Positions 37,692 to 49,553 of a stretch of 64,000 nucleotides of DNA are shown here, piece after piece (the stretch's first letter is position 1; every line of letters starts with the position of its first letter). Made by a program: the position numbers and the translations under genes. The notes below the pieces were generated by a model, which was not told the DNA's origin, searched no databases, and worked only from the letters and a program-made list of their open reading frames with translations. The stretch is from Octopus bimaculoides (Eukaryota): the NCBI RefSeq assembly GCF_001194135.2, contig NC_068981.1, positions 120,740,407 through 120,804,406 of the forward strand, read 5' to 3'.

Positions 37692-38366
37692 CTCTCTTGT
37701 TAGTATGGTTCTGTTGAAATACACTGTCTTCGTTTCAATTAATTTAGCAAACTAACTTATTACACCGTATAACAATTTTTTTTTTCTCTCTTTGGTTATT
37801 ACCTATTTCTATCTAGAAATGAAAGGTAATTACTACTATTCCTTTAAAACTTTGCTGCTGTCACCTGGAAATCAATGTTTTGAAATTCACTTATTTTCTA
37901 TTACATTTCAGACAGATTTAGTGCTGAGTTTTTTCTGAAGCAGAAATATTGTTATAGCAAATGTTCTACTCAGTACCACAGATCTGCTTGTCACTTGTTT
38001 GATCGTAACTACCTGAGCATATCCCTTAGTGGCTGATAATATGTGCATTTCTGATGATGAGCAGGAGTAGTGAGGAGCCATCATAGCCATGTACTGAGAG
38101 AGGTTCCTTTGGGTTTGAATAAATGTAACAAAAGCAAAGTTTGAAGGAAATATTGACTATTTTTCATACTTTCTAGGGGTAAGCAAACAAGAAATAACAG
38201 TTGCTACCTAAGGACAAAAATTGTGTCACACAATGTTATTAAAGATGGTGTTTGGAACATAAATCAACTTGAAATTCTGAGAAAAGTTTTAATTTAGATC
38301 GCTTTAAAATAGGAAGTTTGTGATATAGAATCAGGGACAGTTTTGAGTGGGTTGGTGTCAAAAAGG
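37692..38366. mobile_element. P2-like piggyBac MITE split by a nested Tc1/mariner-like MITE (about 37763-38235)
   Basis: 37692-37760 and 38236-38366 continue the P2-type sequence; inner element ends TA-CACCGTATAACAATTTTT and AAAAATTGTGTCACACAATG. Confidence 0.55.
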
Positions 38367-38499
38367 TTCAACATAACAAACCTTTGACTAAAGCAAATAC
38401 ATGTATATGAAGTGCAGTCTGCATATCTGCACACACTATGCTGCAAAAATATTTCTAAGAAATTGAAATATTCAGGAATGAATATTTTCCTAGAACAAG

Positions 38500-38700
38500 C
38501 ATCAGTATGGGTGCTGGTGCCACATGGAAAGGACCTAGCACACACTGGAGTGGTTGGTGTTAGGAAGGGCATCCAGCCGTAGAAACTAAACCAAAACAGA
38601 CTATGGAACCTGGTGCAGTCCCTTTCCTTGCCAGTTCCTGCCAAGCCGTCCAACCCATGCTAGCATGGAAAATGGACATTGAATGTTGTTGATGATGATA
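38500..38700 (+). mobile_element. RTE 3' UTR fragment
   Basis: GTTGGTGTTAGGAAGGGCATCCAGCCGTAGAAAC...CATGCTAGCATGGAAAATGGAC. Confidence 0.8.
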
Positions 38701-40204
38701 TAATGGTGAAATGAAAACGTTCAACAATAATAATGAAGAAAATTGTAGGAAGCAGAGTTGCAGGATGGAAACTATAAGGCAACCAATGTGATGAAGACAT
38801 GTTGAATTGCTGTGGAAATAAATTAATGAGACATTGATATTCACTGTACACAATTAGACTCTTATTTAATTGGGTTTATGTGGTATTATGTCTTTCCTAA
38901 TGAGGGATTTGGATAATTATTGAAAGATATTGCATCCATTTATCATATGTGATATATAATAATGGATTTGAATAACTATTTAAAGATATTAGATTCTTTT
39001 ATCATCTGTAATGTGTAATAATGAGTATGAACAATTATTTAAAGATATTACGGTTGATTTCTTATTCTTTCTATTAAAAATATAACTAACACTTTCAATT
39101 GTTGTCTTATTATAACAAACGAGCACACATCTATATACTGTAACATGTAGGATAATATTATAATTCTTGACACAATTTTTCAAAATGACAGCAAATCTTC
39201 CTTCATTAAAGTGTATTTGTCATAATTGGCATCACATGTAATTGTCATACAATACTTCAACATGACTGTCTGCAATTGTTGTCGTCATTGTCAGCAGTAG
39301 ATTTCGTCGTCATCATTGTCGTCCCAGAGGAAGCCTCTATGTGGTTGTTTTGATCTATTACAAGTAGCAGTTAAATCTTCCTTGAATCACATCTTTACAG
39401 TGATAAAAAAAGGAAGGTTACATTAGATAAGACAGCCCTAGATGCATTGCATCCAGAGAATAGAGAGTATGGTAATGGCTAGAACACCTTCAATCATAGG
39501 TTTGTTTGATCACATTTGACCTGTGATTAGACAATAACAGCAACAACAATGACCATCACAACCATCATTATCGTCAACATCATTATGCTCATTATCAATT
39601 CCATTATTATAATGATATCCATAACTGTTACCATTGTGGTTGTTGTTTGTTTAGTCTCAGCTAAGTGTTGATCAAGCAGACTGATGATCAAAGTCATGCT
39701 GACTATGACCATCCCATCTTTTTTTCATGAGCTGGGAACCTTGGGCAACATTATCCATTATTTCCTGTCCGATGATTATGTTGGTTTATTTTGAAGATAT
39801 GACTGGCATTTCTAGCAGGGTGATCTGCCACATAGAGGCTGTTGTTTTAACTCATTATTTGAGTGGCTACTGTTGTTACTTGCAGACAGACATGACTGCA
39901 AACATTCTAGCTATAAACATATGATCTTTTTTAAAAATGGTTGGATGTGATGTGAGGGAGATTTGTTTGCTGTTTCTAGCAGGTCTATCTACTGCACAAG
40001 AGACTGTTTTGTTGGTTTGTTAAGAAGGATGATGATGATAACTGAGGACATAACATTTAATCTTTCTAGCAGGTTCATCATTGCTATGACTTCCTACTCC
40101 ATCAATCATCTTTAAAACTTGAGGGTTAATGTTAGGAGTAATGCCAGTCATGTTTCTGTTTCTCTTGTGGAATCTATGGTTTTTTAAAAAAATCATTACC
40201 ATCA

Positions 40205-40385
40205 TCCATTGTAAAGTGGTTGGCATTAAGAAAAGCATCCAGCTGTAGAAACCAAGCCAAAACAGACTATGGAACCTGGTGTGGCCCTTGGTCTTGCCAG
40301 TTCCTGCCAAGCTGTCCAACCCATGCCAGCATGGAAAATGGACGTTAAATGTTCATGATGATGATGATGATGATGATGATGTTAA
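40205..40385 (+). mobile_element. RTE 3' UTR fragment
   Basis: GGTTGGCATTAAGAAAAGCATCCAGCTGTAG...GGACGTTAAATG..(GAT)n. Confidence 0.8.
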
Positions 40386-41353
40386 TTATCCACTAAAAAA
40401 TAGAATAGATATTTTGTGCTTCTGCAATCTTTTTTCAATGTCCCTTGCATTTATGGTTTTCATATCCATTGCGAAAAAGTATTTGATTCTTTCTCTCTAA
40501 AGACACATTTGATGAAATAATGTGAAAAAAATTTAAGAAAATCTGAAAAATTATCTTTTGCAGAAAGTGTCACTGGGGGTATCTCCGCTTTTCGCAGCAG
40601 AGATTTTCTTTCAAGGCTGTGGGATAAAACTGCTTCCATAGTTAATGGTATTAACATTTTCAGCCAATATATCTGCTTTCGCATTCAAAGCATTTACAGC
40701 CATTGTAGTGTAATTAAAAAAAAAAAAAAAACAGTTCTGCCATTGAAAAGTCAGCACCCACTAATGGCAACATAGACTGTAAGAGAGTTTAATCTTGTAA
40801 AGATAATCAAACTAAATACTGCACTAAAATTTTGTTTGACAATGTTTGTGAAAAGAAAGTTTCAATTAATGGACTGCTGAAGTGTAAAAAAGCAAAAGTG
40901 GGGGGAAAAATGGGGGAAGAAAATTCCATACGAAGTGACGAATAGTTTAACAAGTGGGGAAAAAAGTAAGAGAATATTGTGTGAATGTTTTCATGGTGAG
41001 GGTTTTTTATCTGCTGAAGTATGGATTAAGAGAAAATAGCTAAAGAATTATTATTGAAAATTCTAAGAATATTTATGATACAAAAGAAACAGGGCATTAT
41101 TTTGTGTGCTATACCTGATCATACTTTGGTTAAAATTGAAAATGTGAAATCATTTAAATCTTCAAATGAGTCAGTTGACAGTTCTTTTATTTTAACCGGC
41201 AGAAATAAGAGCTTGTAGTGATTGGAAAAAAAATTATCCCTGGTATTTTAAGTGTGTCAAAAACTTATCTGTTCAACTCTTTTCTTATACAAATTTGTGG
41301 TTAACTACAGTTAGTTTTTGAGAACTGGTGACTGAAGCGGGATTTGGAATTAA

Positions 41354-41558
41354 CACTTAGGCATTTAAACTAGCCAACATCTAGTCTAACTATTCCTTCT
41401 GTCCTATGTTCAACCAGCCAGATTTGACCTCTCGCATCTATCCTACAATGTCATTGTAAGAATAAACAATCTCATCATCAAAATATATGCATGATTAATG
41501 CAAAATAATATGAATAAATATGCATTACGTTTAATAGAGAAATCTAAATGCTACTGGG
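41354..41558. mobile_element. piggyBac-like MITE (family P1, reverse orientation)
   Basis: TTAA flanks; ends ...AATGCTACTGGG|TTAA. Confidence 0.6.
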
Positions 41559-42365
41559 TTAAAGTGAAAAATTGTCATGTTTGTTGGTGATTAAACAGAA
41601 TACTAATAACAGTGTAACACGAGTTTTGTCCTGGAATAGCTACTGTTTATTTCCTATTTGCTTACTTCTAGAAAGTATGAAAATGGCTAATATTTCCTTC
41701 AAAATTTGCTTTCGTTACATTTATTCAAACCCCAAAGAATCTCTCTCAACACATAGCTATGATGCCTCCCTACTACTCCTGTTCATCATCAGAGATGTAC
41801 ATATTGTCAGCCACTAAGGGATATGCTCTAGTGGCTAAGGTCAGCAACTCAGCCATGGATCTTTCTGAAATGTAGTAGAAAACAAGTGAGTTTCAAAACA
41901 TTGATGTCCAGGTCACAAAAGTAAAGCTTGAAGAGAATGATAGTCATTTCCTTTGATTTCTAGATAGGAAATGACACTTATTGACCAAAGACAAAAAGAA
42001 AAAAAAAAGTTATACAGTGTAATCTGTCATTATTAAAAAATCTGAATGTAATTTTCATACCTTCAGATACTATACCATTAATTCACTCATGAGATGAAGA
42101 CATCATACAAACTTTAATAGTTGTCGAAGAGAAGTCTGGACAAAAATTCTTAACTGGGCTCAATGATGTTCCAAGCAATCTAATGCAAATAACCCATTGT
42201 ATATGTTAGTAAGATAATGGAAATAAATCTCAAGAGGACCACTGGAAATTGTTACCAAAACAAAAAAAAACAAAAAAAAAACAGATTTTGGTAAACAAAG
42301 ACAACAATTCCTCTTAAAAAGTAATTGGAGACTATTTCAAATTAGAGATTAAATTAAATCATGAT

Positions 42366-42527
42366 AGGCGCAGGAGTGGCTGTGTGGTAAGTAGCTTGCT
42401 TACCAACCACATGGTTCCGGGTTCATTCCCACTGTGTGGCACCTTGGGCAAATGTCTTCTACTATAGTGTCGGGCCGGCCAAAGCCTTGTGAGTGGATTT
42501 GGTAGACGGAAACTGAAAAGAAGCCTG

Positions 42528-42599
<72 letters not shown>

Positions 42600-42818
42600 A
42601 TATGTTTGTGTGTCTGTTTGTCCGCCCCAACATCGCTTGACAACCGATGGTGGTGTGTTTATGTCCCCGTAACTTAGCAGTTCGGCAAAAAAGAGACCGA
42701 TAGAATAAGTACTAGGGTTCCAAAGAATAAGTCCTGGGGTCGATTTGCTCGACTAAAGGTGGTGCTCCAGCATGGCCGCAGTCAAATGACTGAAACAAGT
42801 AGAAGAGTAAAAGAGTAG
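42366..42818 (+). mobile_element. SINE family A, young full-length copy
   Basis: A box TGGCTGTGTGG (42377), B box GGTTCATTCCC (42420), CORE-like GGCACCTTGGGCAAATGTC, central (TA)n(TG)n, tail AGAAGAGTAAAAGAG. Confidence 0.92.
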
Positions 42819-43296
42819 AACCCCAGACAATATACATAAATGAAGAGTTTGAAAATAGGGTGGTTATTGACAACAAATGATGTCATTCATTTGCAGTTCT
42901 GTGTAAAAGCATGGCCAGAGTGTTCATTGTTTAATAGAAATTGATTACTCTGCTTAGTAACAGGTCACGGTTGGCACCAGGAAGATCATCCAACTCATTC
43001 ATGTAAGCTTGGAAATATAACCATTATAAGGAAACAGAACAATATATATTCTATAGATAGTTGTCATCATTTTATCGCATGACCAAATATACTTCAGTTC
43101 TGCTTTCTATTATTCTTTTAATTCTATTCTCCTGAATTATCATTGACCAATGTATATTTAAACCCTACTTGATATTGACTATAAATTCTACAGCTAGTTG
43201 ACAACATTTGAAGTACAGTTCTATATTCAAGAGATGAGGAATTATGTACAGTATTTACATTATTTACAATTGACAGATATTTATCCTCATCTTGTT

Positions 43297-43342
43297 AACA
43301 CAACATTTCAGCTGATATACCCTCCAGCCTTCATCAGGTCTC
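43297..43342 (-). ncRNA. Minimal type I hammerhead motif, copy 1 (decayed)
   Basis: GAGAC CUGAUGA A GGCUG-GAGGGUAUAU-CAGCU GAA AU GU U GUGUU. Confidence 0.65.
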
Positions 43343-43528
43343 TTGGGGAAATTTCGAACCTGGGTTCTCATTCCTAAGATATTTTTCGATGTTGTTGTTG
43401 TTGTTATTATTATTATTCAGCTCACTACCTGGAATCGAACTCGGAATCTTGCGGTTAGTAGCCCGTCAAAGAACATTATTTACATTATTTACAATTGACA
43501 GATATTTGTCCTCATCTTGTTTGTTGTT

Positions 43529-43574
43529 AACACAATGTTTTGGCTGATATACCTCCCAGCCTTCATCAGGTGTC
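43529..43574 (-). ncRNA. Minimal type I hammerhead motif, copy 2 (decayed)
   Basis: GACAC CUGAUGA A GGCUG-GGAGGUAUAU-CAGCC AAA AC AU U GUGUU; G12 and G16.2 changed to A at CpG sites. Confidence 0.6.
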
Positions 43575-43622
43575 TTGGGGAAATTTCAAACCTGGGTTCT
43601 CATTCCTAAGGTATTTCCCCAA

Positions 43623-43668
43623 GACACCCAATGAAGGCTGGAGGGTATATCAGTCAAAATGTTGTCTT
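43623..43668 (+). ncRNA. Minimal hammerhead motif, copy 3 (inverted, more decayed)
   Basis: GACAC CCAAUGA A GGCUG-GAGGGUAUAU-CAGUC AAA AU GU U GUCUU. Confidence 0.5.
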
Positions 43669-44113
43669 AACAACAAACAAGATGAGGACAAATATCTGTC
43701 AATTGTAGATAATGTACCATTTGAAGTATATTCAATTTCGTTTTTCTCTTATTCGTTTAATACCTTATGATTACCCATCTTCTTTCACAGGTCAATAACA
43801 TAGATCATTTGCTATATGAAGCTGTCCTAAATCAAGCTAATACCATGATGGATAGCCTAATTTGCATATTTGTGCTTTTGCTGACTCCTCATTAATTAAA
43901 CATTATCTGTTTTATGCACAACTCAGCATATATCAAAATTACTGAAATTAATTTAAGCATGATAAAGCCTATTTTTTCCCCTATGCTACTGTTGATGTGC
44001 AAGCATAGAAAGGAGGGAGTCTCTTGATGCACTGTTTCACAGAGTGTTAACTCTTCTAAGACATATATCCAGCTTCTTTACCCAATCAATAGCATAGATC
44101 AGCTGCTATATGT

Positions 44114-44156
<43 letters not shown>

Positions 44157-44830
44157 ATACATTCATAAGTAAGGCTATCTATCCATTTACATAACTTAAT
44201 TTTATGGCATGTTTGGTTTTTTCTTAATCTCACTAGACTTAGCACATATAGGTTCATATACAGTGGCAGATACACATACACACATTGACACCTACACACA
44301 CACACATTGACACATACATACAAAATATTGCTAATGGCCAAAAAGATAACAACTGTAGGTGCTGTTTAGATTAAAGAAGGCTGAATCCAAAACACAAACA
44401 GGATCATTCCATCTAGTTAATCCTATTAATCTATTTATCATAATTATATTGCTATAGAATAATAATAGTCTTTGTAACCTGGGTAATCATAAGGGATTAC
44501 TGGAAAAAAAATGTGCATTGCTCTTATTTCAGTTCTAAACTAGAAGAGTTAGATTTATACATCACAATTTTGATATGACTCTGTTCAAATGTGAGGTCTT
44601 TAACAGTCAAATTCAATATGATTATTAAGAAATATCACAGCAGTTTATAGCCAAATAAGGTATGATAGATGTGAGAGTGTTAGAGTGCAGTGCCATATTT
44701 AGTTGCCTCAGATTAACTACATTTGATTCTCCTGGTGATGGTTTGGTTAAAATAAGGAATAGGCATATAGTTTATATTGTTTTCCTGTAATAAACATAGA
44801 AATGAATATAATTAATATTATATTACTGTT

Positions 44831-45628
44831 ATAGGTACAGATGTGGCTGTGTGGTAAGAAGCTTGCTTCCCAACCACATGGTTTTGGGTTTAGTCTCACT
44901 GTGTGTTACCTTGGAGAAGTGTCTTCTACTATAGCCTGGGGGNNNNNNNNNNNNNNNNNNNNNNNNNNNNGGGGGGGGGGGGTCGACCAAAGCCCCTTGT
45001 GAGTGGATTTGGTAGTTGGAAACTAAAAGTCTCTTGTGTATGTATGTATGCATCTATCTATCGATCTATATGTATGTATGTATATATATGTATGTAGGTA
45101 TATATATATATGTATGTAGGTATATATATATATATATATGTATGTATATATATATATATATGTATATATATATGTATGTATGTATATATATGTATGTAGG
45201 TATATATATATGTATGTAGGTATATATATATATATNNNNNNNNNNNNNNNNNNNNNNNNNNNNNNNNNNNNNNNNNNNNNNNNNNNNNNNNNNNNNNNNN
45301 NNNNNNNNNNNNNNNNNNNNNNNNNNNNNNNNNNNNNNNNNNNNNNNNNNNNNNNNNNNNNNNNNNNNNNNNNNNNNNNNNNNNNNNNNNNNNNNNNNNN
45401 NNNNNNNNNNNNNNNNNNNNNNNNNNNNNNNNNNNNNNNNNNNNNNNNNNNNNNNNNNNNNNNNNNNNNNNNNNNNNNNNNNNNNNNNNNNNNNNNNNNN
45501 NNNNNNNNNNNNNNNNNNNNNNNNNNNNNNNNNNNNNNNNNNNNNNNNNNNNNNNNNNNNNNNNNNNNNNNNNNNNNNNNNNNNNNNNNNNNNNNNNNNN
45601 NNNNNNNNNNNNNNNNNNNNNNNNNNNN

Positions 45629-45709
<81 letters not shown>

Positions 45710-45729
45710 GTATGTATATATATGTATGC

Positions 45730-45769
<40 letters not shown>

Positions 45770-45988
45770 ATGTCTTTGTATCTGTCCTCCCACCATCACT
45801 TGACAACTGATGTTCATGTGTTTATGTCCCTGTAACCTAGTGGTTCAGCAAAAGGGACTGATAGAGTAAGTACTAAGCTTACAAAAAAGAAGTCCTGGGG
45901 TCGATTTCTTTGACTACAAAATCCTTTAAGGCAATGCTCCAGTATGGCCACAGTTAAATGACTGAAACAAGTAAAAAAGTAAAAGAAA
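44831..45988 (+). mobile_element. SINE family A with greatly expanded internal microsatellite, spanning two gaps
   Basis: Head at 44831, (TA/TG)n from about 45035 to 45770 including Ns, tail GACTGAAACAAGTAAAAAAG at about 45980. Confidence 0.8.
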
Positions 45989-45999
45989 TATTAATTATT

Positions 46000-46275
46000 A
46001 TATCTGTTTCTTTTGCTGAACTGCTAGGTTACAGAGACATAAGCACACCAGCACCAGTTGTCAGGTGGTAGTAGTAGTGGTGGTGGTGGTGGGGGAACAA
46101 ACACAGTCTCTAAGACACACATACACACATACTCAATGGGTTTTTCCCAATTTCCATCTACTAAAGCTTCTCACAAGACTATAACAGAAAACACTTGCTG
46201 GAAGTGCAACTCAGTGGGACTGAACCTGGAACCATGTGGTTATGAATCAACCTTCTTACCCCACAGCCACACCTG
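46000..46275 (-). mobile_element. SINE family A, partial
   Basis: TTTTGCTGAACTGCTAGGTTAC...GGGACTGAACCTGGAACCATGTGG. Confidence 0.65.
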
Positions 46276-46363
46276 TATTTAATTCAATTATAAAATTGTG
46301 ATTTAATTATAATTATATACTTGTTTCTTCTACCTTTGTATAAGAGACAATTTAGAATAACTA

Positions 46364-46850
46364 CAGGGTGGGGCAAAGAAGATGGATGCTTTTGAAAAAT
46401 TCACAAAATTATTAATTTTAGATGCAAACACATTTTATTGACGTCAATGTATTTGTATTAAATTAGCATTTGTCAAAATCAAGTGTGGAAAATAATATCC
46501 ATCATATGGTGTCCATTTCATTGATGTATTTCTGAAGGTGTTCTTGGAAGTTGGTCTCCACACTCTCTAGCATTACTCTATGCATAGTCCCGTGGTTTCA
46601 ACTGTTGCCCAATGACCAATTTGTACAGGTGGAAATGCAGGTCTTCATGCACAATACACCTTACCGATTGTTTACTGATGTCAAATTCAGTGGAATACCT
46701 CCGAGTAGAGTGATTTGGACTCTGTATCAAAGCTTGTCTGATGCGTAACTGTCATAGGCAAATATGCAATGCTCTATTGTCCACAGCGCTATGGCTTCAC
46801 CTGGAAAAAAAAATGCTAAGACTCCACAGACTGAATGGTATCTGTCAGAC
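46364..46850 (-). mobile_element. Internally deleted Tc1/mariner-superfamily relic
   Basis: TA|CAGGGTGGGGCAAAG terminus; minus-strand LHEDLHFHLYKLVIGQQLKP joined directly to C-terminal LESVETNFQEHLQ..GHHMMDIIFHT*; catalytic core missing; far boundary uncertain. Confidence 0.62.
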
Positions 46851-47529
46851 ATATGTCCCTGCCCCTGGGGCTGAGTAATAGCTATTTCTAAAACCTCTGT
46901 CCTCTCTGCCCCACCCTGTATATTAAGACACTTTATTATAATAAGAATATCTATTTATCCTCCTTGTCTGCACCCAAAACATCAAGATGTTTGCTTCATA
47001 TAGTTTATGTTCTGGAACATGCACTGTTGTTTTTAGTATTAAGCTCTGAAATCTGTAAAAGTCTGGAGACTGCCATTTAATAAATTTAATCTAGAATGAG
47101 TTTAACCTAGCACTTCTCTATCATCTTCACCTACAAATATTGGAAAAAAGCTTATAGGAAAGCTATCAAACTTAGTTGTCATCTGATACTTAGCAGCAGT
47201 AATCATATTTGCAAAGTATGAATTAGGCCAGTTTTATTCTCTTTACATCAGCTTTCTTTCCATTTTGCTTATCTAGAATGACTTAAAGTATGGAGACCCA
47301 TCAGCTATAAAGCTAGTGGTGACAATGGTCATATAAAAATAAAATGCACTGTGATATTTTTTAAATATCATTCTACATTCTGTCAATATTATTCTGAAGT
47401 GCTTTTCAAAGTTACAATGATATAGCAACACATACACGGATAAGGATTATACCAGCAGATTTGTATTAACACTTTCAGTCCAGTGGCAGATGCTATTTCT
47501 AATATATATATATATATATATGTATGTAT

Positions 47530-48150
47530 TTTTCTACTCATTTTAGTCATTTGACTGTGGCCATGCTGGGGCACTGCTTTGAAGGCCTCAGGACTTCTTC
47601 TTTTAAGCCTAGTACTTATTCTACTGGTCACTTTTTCTGAACAGCTAAGTTACAGGGATATAAATACACCAACACCAGTTGTCATGTAGTGATGAGGACG
47701 CACACACACAAACACACACACACACACATGATGGGTTTCTTTCAGTATCCGTCTACCAAATTCACTCACAAGGCTTTGGTTGGGTCGAAGTTATAGTAGA
47801 AGACATGCTTAATGTGCCACACAGTAAGACTGAACCTGGAACCATGTGGTTGGGAAGCTAGTTTCTTACCACATAGCCACACCTGTGCCTGTGTATATGT
47901 GTCTTTTGCTGAACTGCTAAGTTATGGAGATGTAAACACAGCAGTACTAGCTGTCAAGTGGTCATTGGGGATAAACACAGACACTAAGGCACACCCACAT
48001 ATGATAGGCTTCTTTCAGTTTCCATCTACCTAAATCACTCACAAGGCTTTGGTTGGCCTGAAACTATAGTAGAAGACACTTGCCCAAGGTGCTGCTACCT
48101 GGTGGGACTAAACCTGGAACCATGAGACTGGGAAGTGCTTTACCACATCA
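47530..48150 (-). mobile_element. Two adjacent SINE family A copies (47530-47891, 47900-48150)
   Basis: Repeated TTTTGCTGAAC..CTAAGTTA and GAAGACACTTGCCCAAGGTG motifs. Confidence 0.8.
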
Positions 48151-48345
48151 CTTCCTCTTTGTCGGGCACTTGTGATAAATACAATTGTATTTATCACAAC
48201 AGTCTGACAAACAGGAATGTGAAACTCTGAGTAACAGTTCTGTGATAATTTTGCAGCTTTAATAAAAAAATATTTTACTCTACCTTTGGCATTCAAGTAC
48301 TATCTTTTCCACCTTGATTTGTGCTTATGTGCTCACCTGGGTGGG

Positions 48346-48780
48346 CATCATCATCATCATTGTTTAACGTCCGTTTTCCTTGCTGGCATGGGTTGGACAG
48401 TTTGACTGGGGACTGACAAGCCAGGAGGCCACACCAGGCTCTAATCTGATCTGGCAGTGTTTCTACAGCCAGATGCCCTTCCTAACGCCAACCACTCCTT
48501 GAGTGTAGTGGGTGCTTTTTACGTGTCACCGGCACAGGAGCCAGTCAGGTGGCACTGGCATTGGCCACATTTAAATGGTACTTTTTATGTGCTACCGGCA
48601 CAGGAGCCAGTCGGAGCGGGGAGGCTGGCATTGACCATGTTCGGATGGTGCTTTTTACGTGCCACTGGCACGAGGAGCCAGTCAGGTGACACTGGCAATA
48701 ACCCACGCATGCATGGTGCTTATTGTGTGCCACCAGCATGGGAACCAGTCTGGCAGCACTGGCATTGGCCACAACTACTA
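48346..48780 (-). mobile_element. RTE 3' UTR with four internal tandem units of about 65 bp
   Basis: (CAT)n tail; unit GGTGCTTTTTACGTGCCACCGGCACAGGAGCCAGTC repeated at about 48511, 48577, 48647, 48715. Confidence 0.85.
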
Positions 48781-49515
48781 TTCCATTTAATTGTGATTTG
48801 ATTTTGATTTTACTTGACTCAATAGGTCTACACAAGCACAGAAAGTCTCCCGACAATTCAAAGGTACTTTTTAAATGGGTTGGTTTTGTGACACTGGTGA
48901 TTCTTTCCTGTCTTGGGATTCATGGTCAAACAGCTGGGTGGAATTGCACGAAAAATTACACAGATGTGTAGAATGATCCAATGATGATGCTGGGCTTTGT
49001 ATTTTTTCATAGCTCCTATGGTTACCGAGATAATCTACTATAATACTCTTGTGTTTATGAATGAGAAAGGAAGGGGTGATAGATGAATAAGGAAAGAAGG
49101 GGTGATGTCATACTTGGTAGTAGGATGATGAAAATTGTATGCTGAAAAAATAAATCAAACAGCGTTTCATCTCTGTGTGAATATATATGTGGGTATGTAA
49201 AAGTGGGGTATGTGAATGTGTGTGTGTGTGTGTCTGTGTGCGCACGCAATGGAAGTGGGATNNNNNNNNNNNNNNNNNNNNNNNNNNNNNNNNNNNNNNN
49301 NNNNNNNNNNNNNNNNNNNNNNNNNNNNNNNNNNNNNNNNNNNNNNNNNNNNNNNNNNNNNNNNNNNCAGTTACTTTTAGCGTTTTGACAGAAAAAATGT
49401 AATTCTAAAATTGTTTTTTAATGTAAGCATGCCCAAACAAGTCGAATGCTTACACAGAGCAGGTTTTACCGCCACATCATCCAAACCGACTGGGTGAAAC
49501 CGGGCTTAGCTGTTA

Positions 49516-49553
<38 letters not shown>

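Larger units (their letters stand above)
43225..43720 (-). mobile_element. Tandem plus inverted repeat carrying hammerhead motifs and a tRNA-like head (PLE pseudo-LTR/retrozyme-like)
   Basis: Two direct minus-strand units 232 bp apart, then an inverted truncated unit from about 43615; B box GTTCGATTCC at 43431-43440 (minus). Confidence 0.78.

Noticed and set aside
37353-37724. 123-aa ORF with a plausible acceptor (TTTCAACAG), considered as a host exon
   Set aside because: The acceptor and ORF start lie inside a MITE beginning at 37692, there is no good donor, and I recognise no protein family
39290-39960. Another interspersed repeat, with related pieces at about 13700-13830, 32430-32520 and 34310-34410
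   Set aside because: Clearly repetitive, but boundaries and class could not be determined by eye
43417-43466. tRNA gene
   Set aside because: Only anticodon-arm-like and T-arm/B-box parts are present; no acceptor stem or D arm; part of a repeat
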